From a virus: a stretch of 64,000 nucleotides of DNA. A program made the position numbers and the translations under genes. Numbering within the stretch: the first letter of the stretch is position 1; the number at the start of each line of letters is the position of its first letter. Below the pieces are notes generated by a model. The model worked only from the letters and a program-made list of their open reading frames with translations, searched no databases and had not been told where the DNA came from. The stretch lies in IMG/VR virus record IMGVR_UViG_3300042691_015370, positions 80,888 to 144,887 of that record; one strand, written 5' to 3'. This document shows positions 40,089 to 48,880 of this stretch, piece by piece.

Positions 40089-40816
40089 GCTAAACAATGC
40101 TCCCAAATACTAGAAAGGGCTGAAGTGTGGATCTGGCAGGTACGTGATTCAGTAACACCCATGAGATCGCCAATCTCACGTAAAGAAAGATCTTGTACAT
40201 AGTACAGGCTGAGGACGGTGCGGGATTCGTCGTTCATTTCACCGAACGCGGCGATCAGCTTACCTTTAATCTCAGAATAATCCTCAGTGACAACGTTTTG
40301 ATCTGGAATGATGTCTGAAAGAGAGAACTTAGTTCCATTGATGTTTACAAGGTCATCTAAGTTGGACATAGTGGCAGAAGAGGTTTCCCCGGCGATCTGA
40401 TACACCTCTTCAACATCCCACCCCAAAAGCTGTGCCACTTCTTCTTTGGTTGGTTCTCTGTTGAGTTCGGAAGAAAGTTTCTGTGTGGCCTTTTCGACCT
40501 CTTTGGACTTTGACCTCAGTGATCTGGGTGCCCAGTCTGCTCCACGAAGCTTGTCGAGGATTTCGCCCCTGATTCTGAAAGAGGCATAGGTTTCAAACTT
40601 GTAGCCGAATGAGTTATCAAACTTTGTGATCGCATCAATGAGTCCAAACATTCCGTCTGAGATGAGATCATCAAGCTCAATGTGTTTCGGAAGCTGTTTT
40701 GCAATAGACTTGGCATTCGCAACAACGATAGGCTCATATGCTACCATGATCTTACCCATCAACTCTTTGGATGGGTTTTCTCTATACTGGTTCAGTAGAT
40801 CTGCTCTGTCATTCAT
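40085..40816 (-). CDS. RNA polymerase sigma factor, FliA/WhiG (sigma-28) family
   Basis: DDLISDGMFGLIDAITKFD, KFETYASFRIRGEILDKLR.ADWAPRSLR, LSLREIGDLMGVTESRTCQIH. Confidence 0.92.
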   Translation of the reverse strand: MNDRADLLNQYRENPSKELMGKIMVAYEPIVVANAKSIAKQLPKHIELDDLISDGMFGLIDAITKFDNSFGYKFETYASFRIRGEILDKLRGADWAPRSLRSKSKEVEKATQKLSSELNREPTKEEVAQLLGWDVEEVYQIAGETSSATMSNLDDLVNINGTKFSLSDIIPDQNVVTEDYSEIKGKLIAAFGEMNDESRTVLSLYYVQDLSLREIGDLMGVTESRTCQIHTSALSSIWEHCLA

Positions 40817-41019
40817 TTGACAGTCCATGCCTTGTAAAAGTACCTAGAACTACCATCAAATGGAAAGGCATCACCATTCGGATACATTTCCAAATGGTCT
40901 TTAGTGTAGTCAAGTACACATAGGTCTGCATCATGACGAGAAGCAAAAACGCCTAGGACTGAAAGTCCATCGTCATAGCCACCATCTCGAAAAACTAGAT
41001 AAACTTCTTCACCCTTCAT
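40813..41019 (-). CDS. Hypothetical protein
   Basis: VYLVF...VLGVFAS...A pattern common in small phage proteins. Confidence 0.55.
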   Translation of the reverse strand: MKGEEVYLVFRDGGYDDGLSVLGVFASRHDADLCVLDYTKDHLEMYPNGDAFPFDGSSRYFYKAWTVK

Positions 41020-41281
41020 TAAATACCTCTTTTTGTACACGTTCCAAAAGTTCACGAGCAGTGTCCATATAAAGACCATGATCCAAGGCTTCGTTGATAG
41101 CTTCACGAAGCTCTTGCTTATGCAACGAATCTATTAATTTTTCAGCTTCATTAGGAAGAATAATATGACCTTCTAACCTTAAAGAAATGCTTTCTTCAGG
41201 TATCCATGTATCTAAATACCAATCCATACTATCTTCGTTGATGATAAGAGCAAGTATTTCTTCAGCAGTAATAGTCATCAT
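41009..41281 (-). CDS. Hypothetical protein
   Basis: ORF coupled to the HNH gene. Confidence 0.5.
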   Translation of the reverse strand: MMTITAEEILALIINEDSMDWYLDTWIPEESISLRLEGHIILPNEAEKLIDSLHKQELREAINEALDHGLYMDTARELLERVQKEVFNEG

Positions 41282-41646
41282 TTCCTCCAAGCCTTAATTT
41301 TCTTTCGTGCTCTGATTTTCTTATCGTTGGCTAGTCGATTCAACTGACGCTGAGTGAGAATTTCAGGCTCTTGCTTAGATCTATTCATGGCAAGAAATTC
41401 ATTTGCAAATTCCTGTAAACTTAGATCTTCAAAATCCTTGTGCATCTGATGTAACGCAATGTGACAACTATCACACAATGGAACCAAGTCTTCAAACCTC
41501 TCATCGCCAAGTCTATCATATGTTGCATGATGTAAATGCAAAGATTCCTTTGAACCACAAGATCTACACACCTTAGGATGAGCACGCCAAAATGCACTCT
41601 TCTTTCTTTTCCACTTGTCTGATTTGATATAAGTGGCGTAATCCAT
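41278..41646 (-). CDS. HNH endonuclease
   Basis: CRSCG...LHLHHATY...LVPLCDSCHIALH. Confidence 0.88.
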   Translation of the reverse strand: MDYATYIKSDKWKRKKSAFWRAHPKVCRSCGSKESLHLHHATYDRLGDERFEDLVPLCDSCHIALHQMHKDFEDLSLQEFANEFLAMNRSKQEPEILTQRQLNRLANDKKIRARKKIKAWRK

Positions 41647-42148
41647 GAAAACCCGCTCTTAAGTTTTGGCCGAGTTTGGGCTTGGTAAAATCTGGCTCGT
41701 TCATCATAACTCAAGGAGATCGCTGCCAGAAGATAACCGGGCAAGGCCCGATGACATTAACAGCAAGGCTCTGAATGGGTGGGTTCATCCGTTATCGATA
41801 CCTGAGAAGAAATTCCCTAACGAGGACTAGCTGTGTTGCTGCGATCGAAAGACCAGTATACCAGCCTCAACAGGGTGTGAGTAGAAGGCTCACCGAAGGC
41901 GCTGTACCGGCAGTTAAACCGGGGAGGATGATGATCTAAGAGATTAGATCATTGGTGTTCTAGAGTTACTTGTCCTAACCAGATATTGGGAGTTAGGCCC
42001 ATAGAGATCCACTGAGATGATCTCAACTCTTTCCCTTCTCAGGCGAAAGGGAAGGAACCTCTATGCCAAAAACAAGATTCTCTCCTTTAACTTAAGAGGC
42101 GACCGTTATTTGGTAAAGTACGACGGTCGCTCGACGGAGAAGCAGCAC

Positions 42149-43501
42149 ATGACAGCACCCAAGGGAGTTTCAGACCACCCAGCCAGAGAACAGATGGAAG
42201 CGATTTGGCGTGAAGGTGGTCGAGCCAAAGAGATTGTTGAATGGCTGGAAGCTGAAGGCTTGCCGGTTTTGAAGCAGACAACAATCGCTCGCTACGGTCA
42301 GCGATACTGGACCGAGAAGTTCAAAATCAACGTCAACCCAGTACATTCCGAAGATCTCTCGTACATGATTGACGAGATTGAACAAGCCGGTCTTGGCAAG
42401 GTGACAAAGATTGGCTTCTCCAAGAAGAGATACCCCGGCTGGGACAAAGAAGACGGTGTATCAATTCCTGTAGAGAAAGAATCTGTCTCTCAGACAATTG
42501 AAGTGGTGCCGCAGAACATTCCGCAGTTCGATCTCGGCACAGTTGGAAGTTTCAAGATCAAGGTTACGAAAGCGGATCGTGAACCCAAAGCGACGGGTTT
42601 CAAAACCATGATCGTGATTCCAGACCAGCAGTTTGGATATCATCTTGATGTAGATGGTGAGCGAACGACGACTCACGACGAAGCTGCCATCGATGTTGTG
42701 TATCAAGTCATAGGATACATGCAACAGAAATATGGGGTTGACACAATAGTGAATCTGGGAGATGCTCTGGACCTCCCCGGATTCTCCAACCACCGCTCGG
42801 CTCCCGGCTTCATGGGACCGGCTCCTGTGCAGCTAGCTATCGACCGCTACACAACCGAGGTTGCGATCCAGCGGGAACTTGCGCCAGATGCCGATATCAT
42901 CGCCTTCTTCGGCAACCACGAGGATCGCCTGAACAACTCGCTCGTTGACAAGCTACCCGGTTTGCACGGGATTTCCCGAGGCAACGAACGACGCCCAGTT
43001 TTGTCCATAGCGAGTTTATGTCGATTTGACGAGTACGACATCACAGCCATCGACACCTATCCAGATGGCGAGTACTGGGCGAATGACTACCTGCGATTTG
43101 TGCATGGTAGCGTTGTCTCATCTGCACTCGGTGGAACCGCTGCGAAGTATCTAGCCAAGTCGCACGTTTCAACCGTGTACGGCCACATTCACCGACAAGA
43201 GTTCCTGATGGCTCAGGTTGAAAATCGTGACAACACAACCATTTTTGCTGGCTCACCGGGATGCCTGTGTCGTCTAGATGGTGTTCTGCCATCATCTCGC
43301 ACAGGAGTCTCACCAAGAGGCGGTCAGGCCGGTATAGCAAGGGAAAAGTGGCAGCACGGTCTGTTCATTATCAACTATGAACCAGAAGGCCAGCAGAGAG
43401 CTTTTTGTAGTCCTCTTTTTATCAATAACGGCGCAACCGTTCTAGATAATAGACTATTCACCGCTACCGTTACACCCAACGGACAAGCTCTCAAGAACTG
43501 A
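42149..43501 (+). CDS. Calcineurin-like metallophosphoesterase with N-terminal HTH-like region
   Basis: IPDQQFG, LGDALD, GNHEDR, FVHG, GHIHR. Probable start MTAPKG. Confidence 0.85.
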   Translation: MTAPKGVSDHPAREQMEAIWREGGRAKEIVEWLEAEGLPVLKQTTIARYGQRYWTEKFKINVNPVHSEDLSYMIDEIEQAGLGKVTKIGFSKKRYPGWDKEDGVSIPVEKESVSQTIEVVPQNIPQFDLGTVGSFKIKVTKADREPKATGFKTMIVIPDQQFGYHLDVDGERTTTHDEAAIDVVYQVIGYMQQKYGVDTIVNLGDALDLPGFSNHRSAPGFMGPAPVQLAIDRYTTEVAIQRELAPDADIIAFFGNHEDRLNNSLVDKLPGLHGISRGNERRPVLSIASLCRFDEYDITAIDTYPDGEYWANDYLRFVHGSVVSSALGGTAAKYLAKSHVSTVYGHIHRQEFLMAQVENRDNTTIFAGSPGCLCRLDGVLPSSRTGVSPRGGQAGIAREKWQHGLFIINYEPEGQQRAFCSPLFINNGATVLDNRLFTATVTPNGQALKN

Positions 43502-43508
43502 GGTCGTT

Positions 43509-43784
43509 ATGGAAGATCTAGAACCAGAAGACGATCAATATCCAGAAGATGACATGATCACAGAAATGCCAGATCTTCAGATCATCACACTTGTATTCGA
43601 CAATAGTACGGGCGACATCCCAAGTCTTGATCTCGGTAACGTAAGTCCGTTTGTGGCGATCACTCTGCTACAATCGGCAATAAATACCTTGGAGATGTTG
43701 ATTCCGCCAGTCGATGTGAGCTATAAAGGGCGGGTCGTCTGTTCCTCGTCATTTGAGATCATTGATGATGATTGTGACGACTAA
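43509..43784 (+). CDS. Hypothetical acidic protein
   Basis: 91 aa with GAGG RBS. Confidence 0.55.
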   Translation: MEDLEPEDDQYPEDDMITEMPDLQIITLVFDNSTGDIPSLDLGNVSPFVAITLLQSAINTLEMLIPPVDVSYKGRVVCSSSFEIIDDDCDD

Positions 43785-43968
43785 ATAAATGAGTTGCATA
43801 CAACCGATATTGTAAGTATGCAACTCAACCACGACTATATTATATTGGGCAAAAAGGGAAGCTAACCGGAAATTCTCCTAGAAACCATCAGGCAGATGGG
43901 GGACAGGAATTGGAAGGAACTGAGCAAACTTTTTAGCCGTTGTAACGATATTTTTTAATTGCATGAAC

Positions 43969-44006
43969 CCCGAAGCCCCGGCACCTTTACTAGTCGGGGC
44001 TTCGGG
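43969..44006. terminator. GC-rich hairpin between convergent units
   Basis: CCCGAAGCCCCG...CGGGGCTTCGGG, 12-bp stem. Confidence 0.6.
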
Positions 44007-44009
44007 CGT

Positions 44010-44180
44010 TTAGAGCCACTGATTAGCTTGCTCTGCCTCTTCGAAGCGATCCTGATGCGTATAGAGATCGTTCCAGCAGTCAACACACAGACCGGGTGTC
44101 TTTGACATGGCGTAATCAATCTCGCCACACTCCAAGCAACACTCGTCTTCATCTAACCAATCTTCAAAATCTCTAGCCAC
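44010..44180 (-). CDS. Small zinc-finger protein (56 aa, not in track)
   Basis: GTG start; CLECG...LCVDCW. Confidence 0.55.
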   Translation of the reverse strand: MARDFEDWLDEDECCLECGEIDYAMSKTPGLCVDCWNDLYTHQDRFEEAEQANQWL

Positions 44181-44192
44181 CTCAGGCCCTTC

Positions 44193-44591
44193 CTATAAAC
44201 GAATGAGTAAAGCGGTGTCATCAAGAGCACCTGCTTCAGTCTCCAGAACGTAGGAGTACGCCTCTGGAGAGAAAAGTGGCTGATCGTATCCAGCCTGATA
44301 GGTTCCTCGTTTGATCAAGGAACCATCGTGGCGGTACCAGCCAATATCAAGATCCATCATCATGTTGTTCATGGTGAATGGAGTGTAAGATGGACGCTCG
44401 TAGACAAAGAGCATCCCGTCAAGATCAATGTAAGCAATGTCATTCAAACCCATTGCTCGTTCTTGTGCAGAGATGGCAACATAGACCTCTAGTATTCTTC
44501 CATCAACCAGAGGCAAGTCTATGACGTTTTTATTGAGAAGAATGTTCGCCGTCTCTGTGAGGGCATTCATTCTAGATTGCCAATCGCTCAT
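44193..44591 (-). CDS. DUF192-family protein
   Basis: ERAMGL, DGMLFVY, FTMNNMMMDLDI, YVLETEAG. Confidence 0.85.
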   Translation of the reverse strand: MSDWQSRMNALTETANILLNKNVIDLPLVDGRILEVYVAISAQERAMGLNDIAYIDLDGMLFVYERPSYTPFTMNNMMMDLDIGWYRHDGSLIKRGTYQAGYDQPLFSPEAYSYVLETEAGALDDTALLIRL

Positions 44592-44878
44592 GATATCGTA
44601 TCGTCACTGCGGACAAGCGAATACAATTGATCCTCATCCTGAAAAAGCATGACATTTATACCATCATCAACAATCAACGCATGATTGTCGGCAAAGACAA
44701 GCGAGTCCTCTAACTCGTCATCACGATTTGGTTTCATCATCATATGATGCAATGATAATATGAAGTCACAATCGCATGATTGAGGGTCCGTTTTGGAGAA
44801 ACGTACATCCGTTCCACACTTGAAACAGAAGAAACTGACTCCATCGTCTTCTTCTAACGTTAACTCTTCGCTAACCAT
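44588..44878 (-). CDS. Hypothetical Cys-containing protein
   Basis: 96 aa; CFKCG...CDC. Confidence 0.5.
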   Translation of the reverse strand: MVSEELTLEEDDGVSFFCFKCGTDVRFSKTDPQSCDCDFILSLHHMMMKPNRDDELEDSLVFADNHALIVDDGINVMLFQDEDQLYSLVRSDDTIS

Positions 44879-45075
44879 CCCATTATTGTACTAGACCGCC
44901 AAACTTGTAGAAGTTAAGGAATTCTGAACCACGTTTGGACAAATGTCACAAGGGACCACTTGACTTTCGGTAGCTAATTTTGAGAGAATGGAAAAGTTCC
45001 ACCGATCGGGTCATATCCACCCGGCATGGGGGTAGTGGATCAGGAGGGCCAACGTCCACAACCAAAGGAAGAAAA

Positions 45076-45465
45076 GTGAACTCAACGCTCAAGAAACAGC
45101 GTTCAACTCAATTTGAGATGGAGTGTCGAAGGAAGCACGTCTTAGAGCGGCTTCAGGAAGGACCAAAGTCCATCCAAGATTTGTTTGGTGATACTGAATG
45201 GTCATACTCACAGGCCATCATCACCATTCGTAAAATGGTTCAAGATCACGAGATCTACCAAACTGGCAAAAATGGCAGAGAGGTCATTTACGCCATTCGT
45301 GAAGGCGACGAATTCTCATACCCCGACTTTGAGAAACTGTCCCAGCACATCTCTCAGGGAGATACCGCAAGGATTGTAGGACTCCACTTGCTGGAAAACG
45401 ACGGTTTCAAGATTGACATTCGTTTTCCAAACGGTGATGAAGTCGAAGCTTTGCTAGTATCATAA
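45076..45465 (+). CDS. Winged-helix protein
   Basis: LQEGPKSIQDL...IRKMVQDHEI...GREVIYAI. GTG start with AAGGA RBS. Confidence 0.6.
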   Translation: MNSTLKKQRSTQFEMECRRKHVLERLQEGPKSIQDLFGDTEWSYSQAIITIRKMVQDHEIYQTGKNGREVIYAIREGDEFSYPDFEKLSQHISQGDTARIVGLHLLENDGFKIDIRFPNGDEVEALLVS

Positions 45466-45557
45466 ACAATCAAGCCTTCCTCCCCAAAAGGACCCTGCCA
45501 TTGCGGTGGGGTCCTTTTGTGTGTATGGCTGTCCGTAAATCCATAGAGGTATTTGCT

Positions 45558-45950
45558 ATGGACTTTTGGGGTTGTGAGTTTGTTGAAGAGAATGCCGAAC
45601 GTCTGGTGCCACAGTTCGCCAGCGGAATTGTGGACCTTGAAATGGATCTGCTAGGGCAAATTGTTGACACTAGGTACATCAGAGAAATAGCAATCAAGGA
45701 TGCTGAACAGATACAGGCACTCACGGCAGACATTGCTCGTCGGGGGATTCTGAATCCGGGCCTGCTGATTTATGACGATAAGAAGGTTCGGCTCAAGGAC
45801 GGTAACCACAGGTACGTCGCAGCCAAAAACCTCCAACTACGAACGTTCCCGGTGACGCTGGTACGAACCTCAAACATTCAGGCTCCCGGTGCCTCGCTGG
45901 AATTCGTCCTCCACTACCTCCTAACTTGCCGTCACCCGAAGCTTTGCTAA
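45558..45950 (+). CDS. ParB/Srx-like domain protein
   Basis: DIARRGILNP...LKDGNHRYVAA. Confidence 0.75.
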   Translation: MDFWGCEFVEENAERLVPQFASGIVDLEMDLLGQIVDTRYIREIAIKDAEQIQALTADIARRGILNPGLLIYDDKKVRLKDGNHRYVAAKNLQLRTFPVTLVRTSNIQAPGASLEFVLHYLLTCRHPKLC

Positions 45951-45983
45951 ACTTGTCGCAACTACGACAAGCGGAGGGCCGGG

Positions 45984-46235
45984 ATGGTCGCCAGAAAAGG
46001 GAAAGAGTCTCCTTACCAGCCAAGCGGTGAGGTAGATCGTATTATCTCTTTAGGGGGAGGAACGTATGCCTACGTGTTTGACGCAAATGGTAAGACACAT
46101 CACCTGCGACGTGACTCCGATGCAATGGTTGCTGTCTGTAGAGAGGCTGATGCTGCAATGGGAGGCCGAATTAGCGCACAGCTTACGAGAATGGGTTGGA
46201 CAGATGTTGTGGAGAGAATGAGCGAAGATGGCTGA
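45984..46235 (+). CDS. Hypothetical protein
   Basis: 83 aa with GGAGG RBS. Confidence 0.55.
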   Translation: MVARKGKESPYQPSGEVDRIISLGGGTYAYVFDANGKTHHLRRDSDAMVAVCREADAAMGGRISAQLTRMGWTDVVERMSEDG

Positions 46236-46403
46236 CGAACCAGAGTACGTTGACACAATCTATCTCATTGAGCACGATGGTGATAACTTCCCGGCAACTG
46301 GTGATCAGGTATTAGCGTATATGACAAATGCACAGGATCTGAGTGGCTGCAAGGTTTCACGCTGGGAATATGATGCAGTATCTGAAACTTGGGATTGCCT
46401 TTC

Positions 46404-46883
46404 ATGATCACCAAGAAGGACAAGCAGTGGCTACAAATGTGTGTAGCTGGTGCTCGCATATTCTCTACATGCGCTAAGGCACAGTTTATGTGCATAATTG
46501 TTGACGAGCAGGGCCGCATTGCTGGCAGTGGCTACAATGGTGTACCGTCAGGTATGCTGCACTGCAAAGATGGTGGGTGTCCACGTTACCTGAATGACGT
46601 ACCATCCGGCACACCATATGATTATGGTGATGGTCTATGCTTTTCGGGCCATGCAGAACAGAATGCACTCGCTCACGCAGACGGGTCCCGTTACAAGGGA
46701 GCGACTCTGTATGTGAATGGTAGACCATGCCTTACGTGCGCAAAGATGATTGCTTGTTCCGGTATCTATCGGATTGTTATCCTTGATGAAAAGGATCGTC
46801 TACATACCGACATCATGTCCGACTTTTTAACCACAGCCAATGTTGAATTGCTTACCATCTCTCCAGAGGAACTAAATGACTGA
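46404..46883 (+). CDS. dCMP deaminase
   Basis: GYNG, HAEQNAL, PCLTCAK. Confidence 0.92.
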   Translation: MITKKDKQWLQMCVAGARIFSTCAKAQFMCIIVDEQGRIAGSGYNGVPSGMLHCKDGGCPRYLNDVPSGTPYDYGDGLCFSGHAEQNALAHADGSRYKGATLYVNGRPCLTCAKMIACSGIYRIVILDEKDRLHTDIMSDFLTTANVELLTISPEELND

Positions 46884-47595
46884 AGTAACCTTCCGTGACG
46901 ACGTAACTGTTGAGCTTATCTCAAACGTCGGTGGAGACGCCTCTGTCGTTGCTTCGGCACGAGTCTCGACCGAGGGACTGGAATCCGTTTCCTATCTCTC
47001 AGAGGGCGAGAAAGAGGGCAAGGGACTCATCAACTTTCTGATGCGCAACCGTCATGGCACTCCCTTTGAGCACAATTCCTTTACCTTCCTAGTCTCTGCT
47101 CCTATCTTTGTTTTTCGTGAGTTCCATCGCCATCGTATTGGCTGGTCGTACAATGAAGAGTCTGGGCGTTACAAGGAGCTAGATCCAGTCTTCTATATCC
47201 CCAATCGTGAGCGCAACCTCATTCAGACAGGCAAGACTGGTGACTACAACTTTGAGCAGGGTCCTCCTGAGCTTTCAGAGTGGCTACAGCTTGACATGGC
47301 CGAAGACTGCTTCTATCTGTACAACAAGTACGAGGAACGCCTGAAGCGTGGTGTAGCCAAGGAAGTTGCCCGTATGACACTTCCGGTGAACATCTACTCG
47401 TCCATGTATGCTACCTGTAATGCTCGCAGCCTGATGGCCTTCCTGAGTCTTAGAACCGAACGCGAAGACGCAACCTACCCTTCGAAGCCTCAGCGTGAGA
47501 TTGCGATGGTTGCAGAGAAGTTTGAGTTCAAGTTCAATGAACTGATGCCGTTGGTCGCAGAGGCATTTAACGCAAATGGAAGAGTCTGTCCATGA
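46876..47595 (+). CDS. thyX: Flavin-dependent thymidylate synthase
   Basis: HGTPFEH, RHRIGWSYNEESGRY, NARSLMAFLSLR. Confidence 0.95.
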   Translation: MTEVTFRDDVTVELISNVGGDASVVASARVSTEGLESVSYLSEGEKEGKGLINFLMRNRHGTPFEHNSFTFLVSAPIFVFREFHRHRIGWSYNEESGRYKELDPVFYIPNRERNLIQTGKTGDYNFEQGPPELSEWLQLDMAEDCFYLYNKYEERLKRGVAKEVARMTLPVNIYSSMYATCNARSLMAFLSLRTEREDATYPSKPQREIAMVAEKFEFKFNELMPLVAEAFNANGRVCP

Positions 47596-47733
47596 AATGG
47601 TTGTTTGAATCTAAGTTTTCTTGGTACCAAGTTTTGAGTGTTATTTTGGCCGTCACGATATTTGACCAGTATTTGGTACAACTTGCCTTTGTTATTGTAG
47701 CTAGTATGCTTGGAATCTACCTAGAGAATCGAT

Positions 47734-47919
47734 ATGTCGAATCCAGACGATGAATTGTTCTTGTTAGATGAAGAAGATATTGTCGAAAGAAAAGCGCAAT
47801 TAGCGGCAATTCAGAACACTGAAAAGCTGCGACAAGAGCAAGTTGCTAAACAAGATAAGCGTATAGCAAAGAAACAGCAGCAGAAGAAATGGCATAAACC
47901 TAAAAGACGGAGAATCTAA
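47734..47919 (+). CDS. Small hypothetical protein (acidic N-terminus, basic C-terminus)
   Basis: 61 aa, coupled to def. Confidence 0.5.
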   Translation: MSNPDDELFLLDEEDIVERKAQLAAIQNTEKLRQEQVAKQDKRIAKKQQQKKWHKPKRRRI

Positions 47920-48368
47920 TGGGCCTAGTAACGTTAAATGGACCTAAGGGGCGGGGCCTACGACAGCAGACCAACGTAGTGACCGACATCGAAACTCAAG
48001 TCAAGCCTTATCTTGATGAGGCGATCCATATTCTCAAAAGAGAAGATGGCGTCGGTTTAGCTGCTCCACAGATAGGAATTCCTTACGCTTGGTACGTTGA
48101 CAAGCTAAGTGTCCCCTACATTAATCCACAAATTATAGAGTCTTCGGACGAGACATCTGTATTTGAGGGCTGCCTCTCCGTTCCCGAGCGCTGGTACTCC
48201 ACTCAGCGTTATGGTAAAATCACTCTCCGGTTCACCAACCTCGACGGAAACGAAGAGATTCTACGGTTCTCTGGCCTGAGTGCATGGGTGGCTCAGCATG
48301 AGTGTGATCACCTCAGCGGTGTCTTGGTTTGTGACCATGGAGAGCGTGTGTACAAAGGTGAATCATAA
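47919..48368 (+). CDS. def: Peptide deformylase
   Basis: GVGLAAPQIG, EGCLS, QHECDHLSG. Confidence 0.95.
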   Translation: MGLVTLNGPKGRGLRQQTNVVTDIETQVKPYLDEAIHILKREDGVGLAAPQIGIPYAWYVDKLSVPYINPQIIESSDETSVFEGCLSVPERWYSTQRYGKITLRFTNLDGNEEILRFSGLSAWVAQHECDHLSGVLVCDHGERVYKGES

Positions 48369-48880
48369 TGCCGATCAATGGCGGAAAAACATTTATCAAT
48401 ATGGGTCAGTACGTTGTTGATCGTATTCAAACATCTGGACCGGGTGCTCTCAACATACCAGACGAGAAGATCATAGGATGGGGAAATAGGGGAGTATTTG
48501 CTGAAACCTACGAATTCGTTGACCCAAAAATCCCTAGATTCGATTATCCCTACGTCCACTTAAATTTCCTCAACGCACTTGCTAATGAGATGCGTAAAAT
48601 GTACACATCTCGCGATTTTGCATTCGTTGGCACAAACCAACTGATGGAATTCATTTTGGACCTTATGCCAACTAGCGGTGCATATATCCCCAAGCAAGGT
48701 TTTCAGCAACCTCAATACGTTGGCAATGATCTTTTTTTAGGTTTTTATAGAGGCGTAGGACTTTATACCACATCTGATCCGAACCATGGCTCTAAGGTTA
48801 TGACTGTGATGGAGATGAAATTTGATCCACCGTCAAGGAAAGAGTTGGTGCGAGTGCGATTTGAGAGACTTAGCCCTTAG
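48368..48880 (+). CDS. Protein whose N-terminal 40 aa are homologous to the major tail protein N-terminus
   Basis: 21/40 identical, ungapped, to the N-terminus of 9419..10762; the remainder appears unrelated. Confidence 0.7.
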   Translation: MPINGGKTFINMGQYVVDRIQTSGPGALNIPDEKIIGWGNRGVFAETYEFVDPKIPRFDYPYVHLNFLNALANEMRKMYTSRDFAFVGTNQLMEFILDLMPTSGAYIPKQGFQQPQYVGNDLFLGFYRGVGLYTTSDPNHGSKVMTVMEMKFDPPSRKELVRVRFERLSP

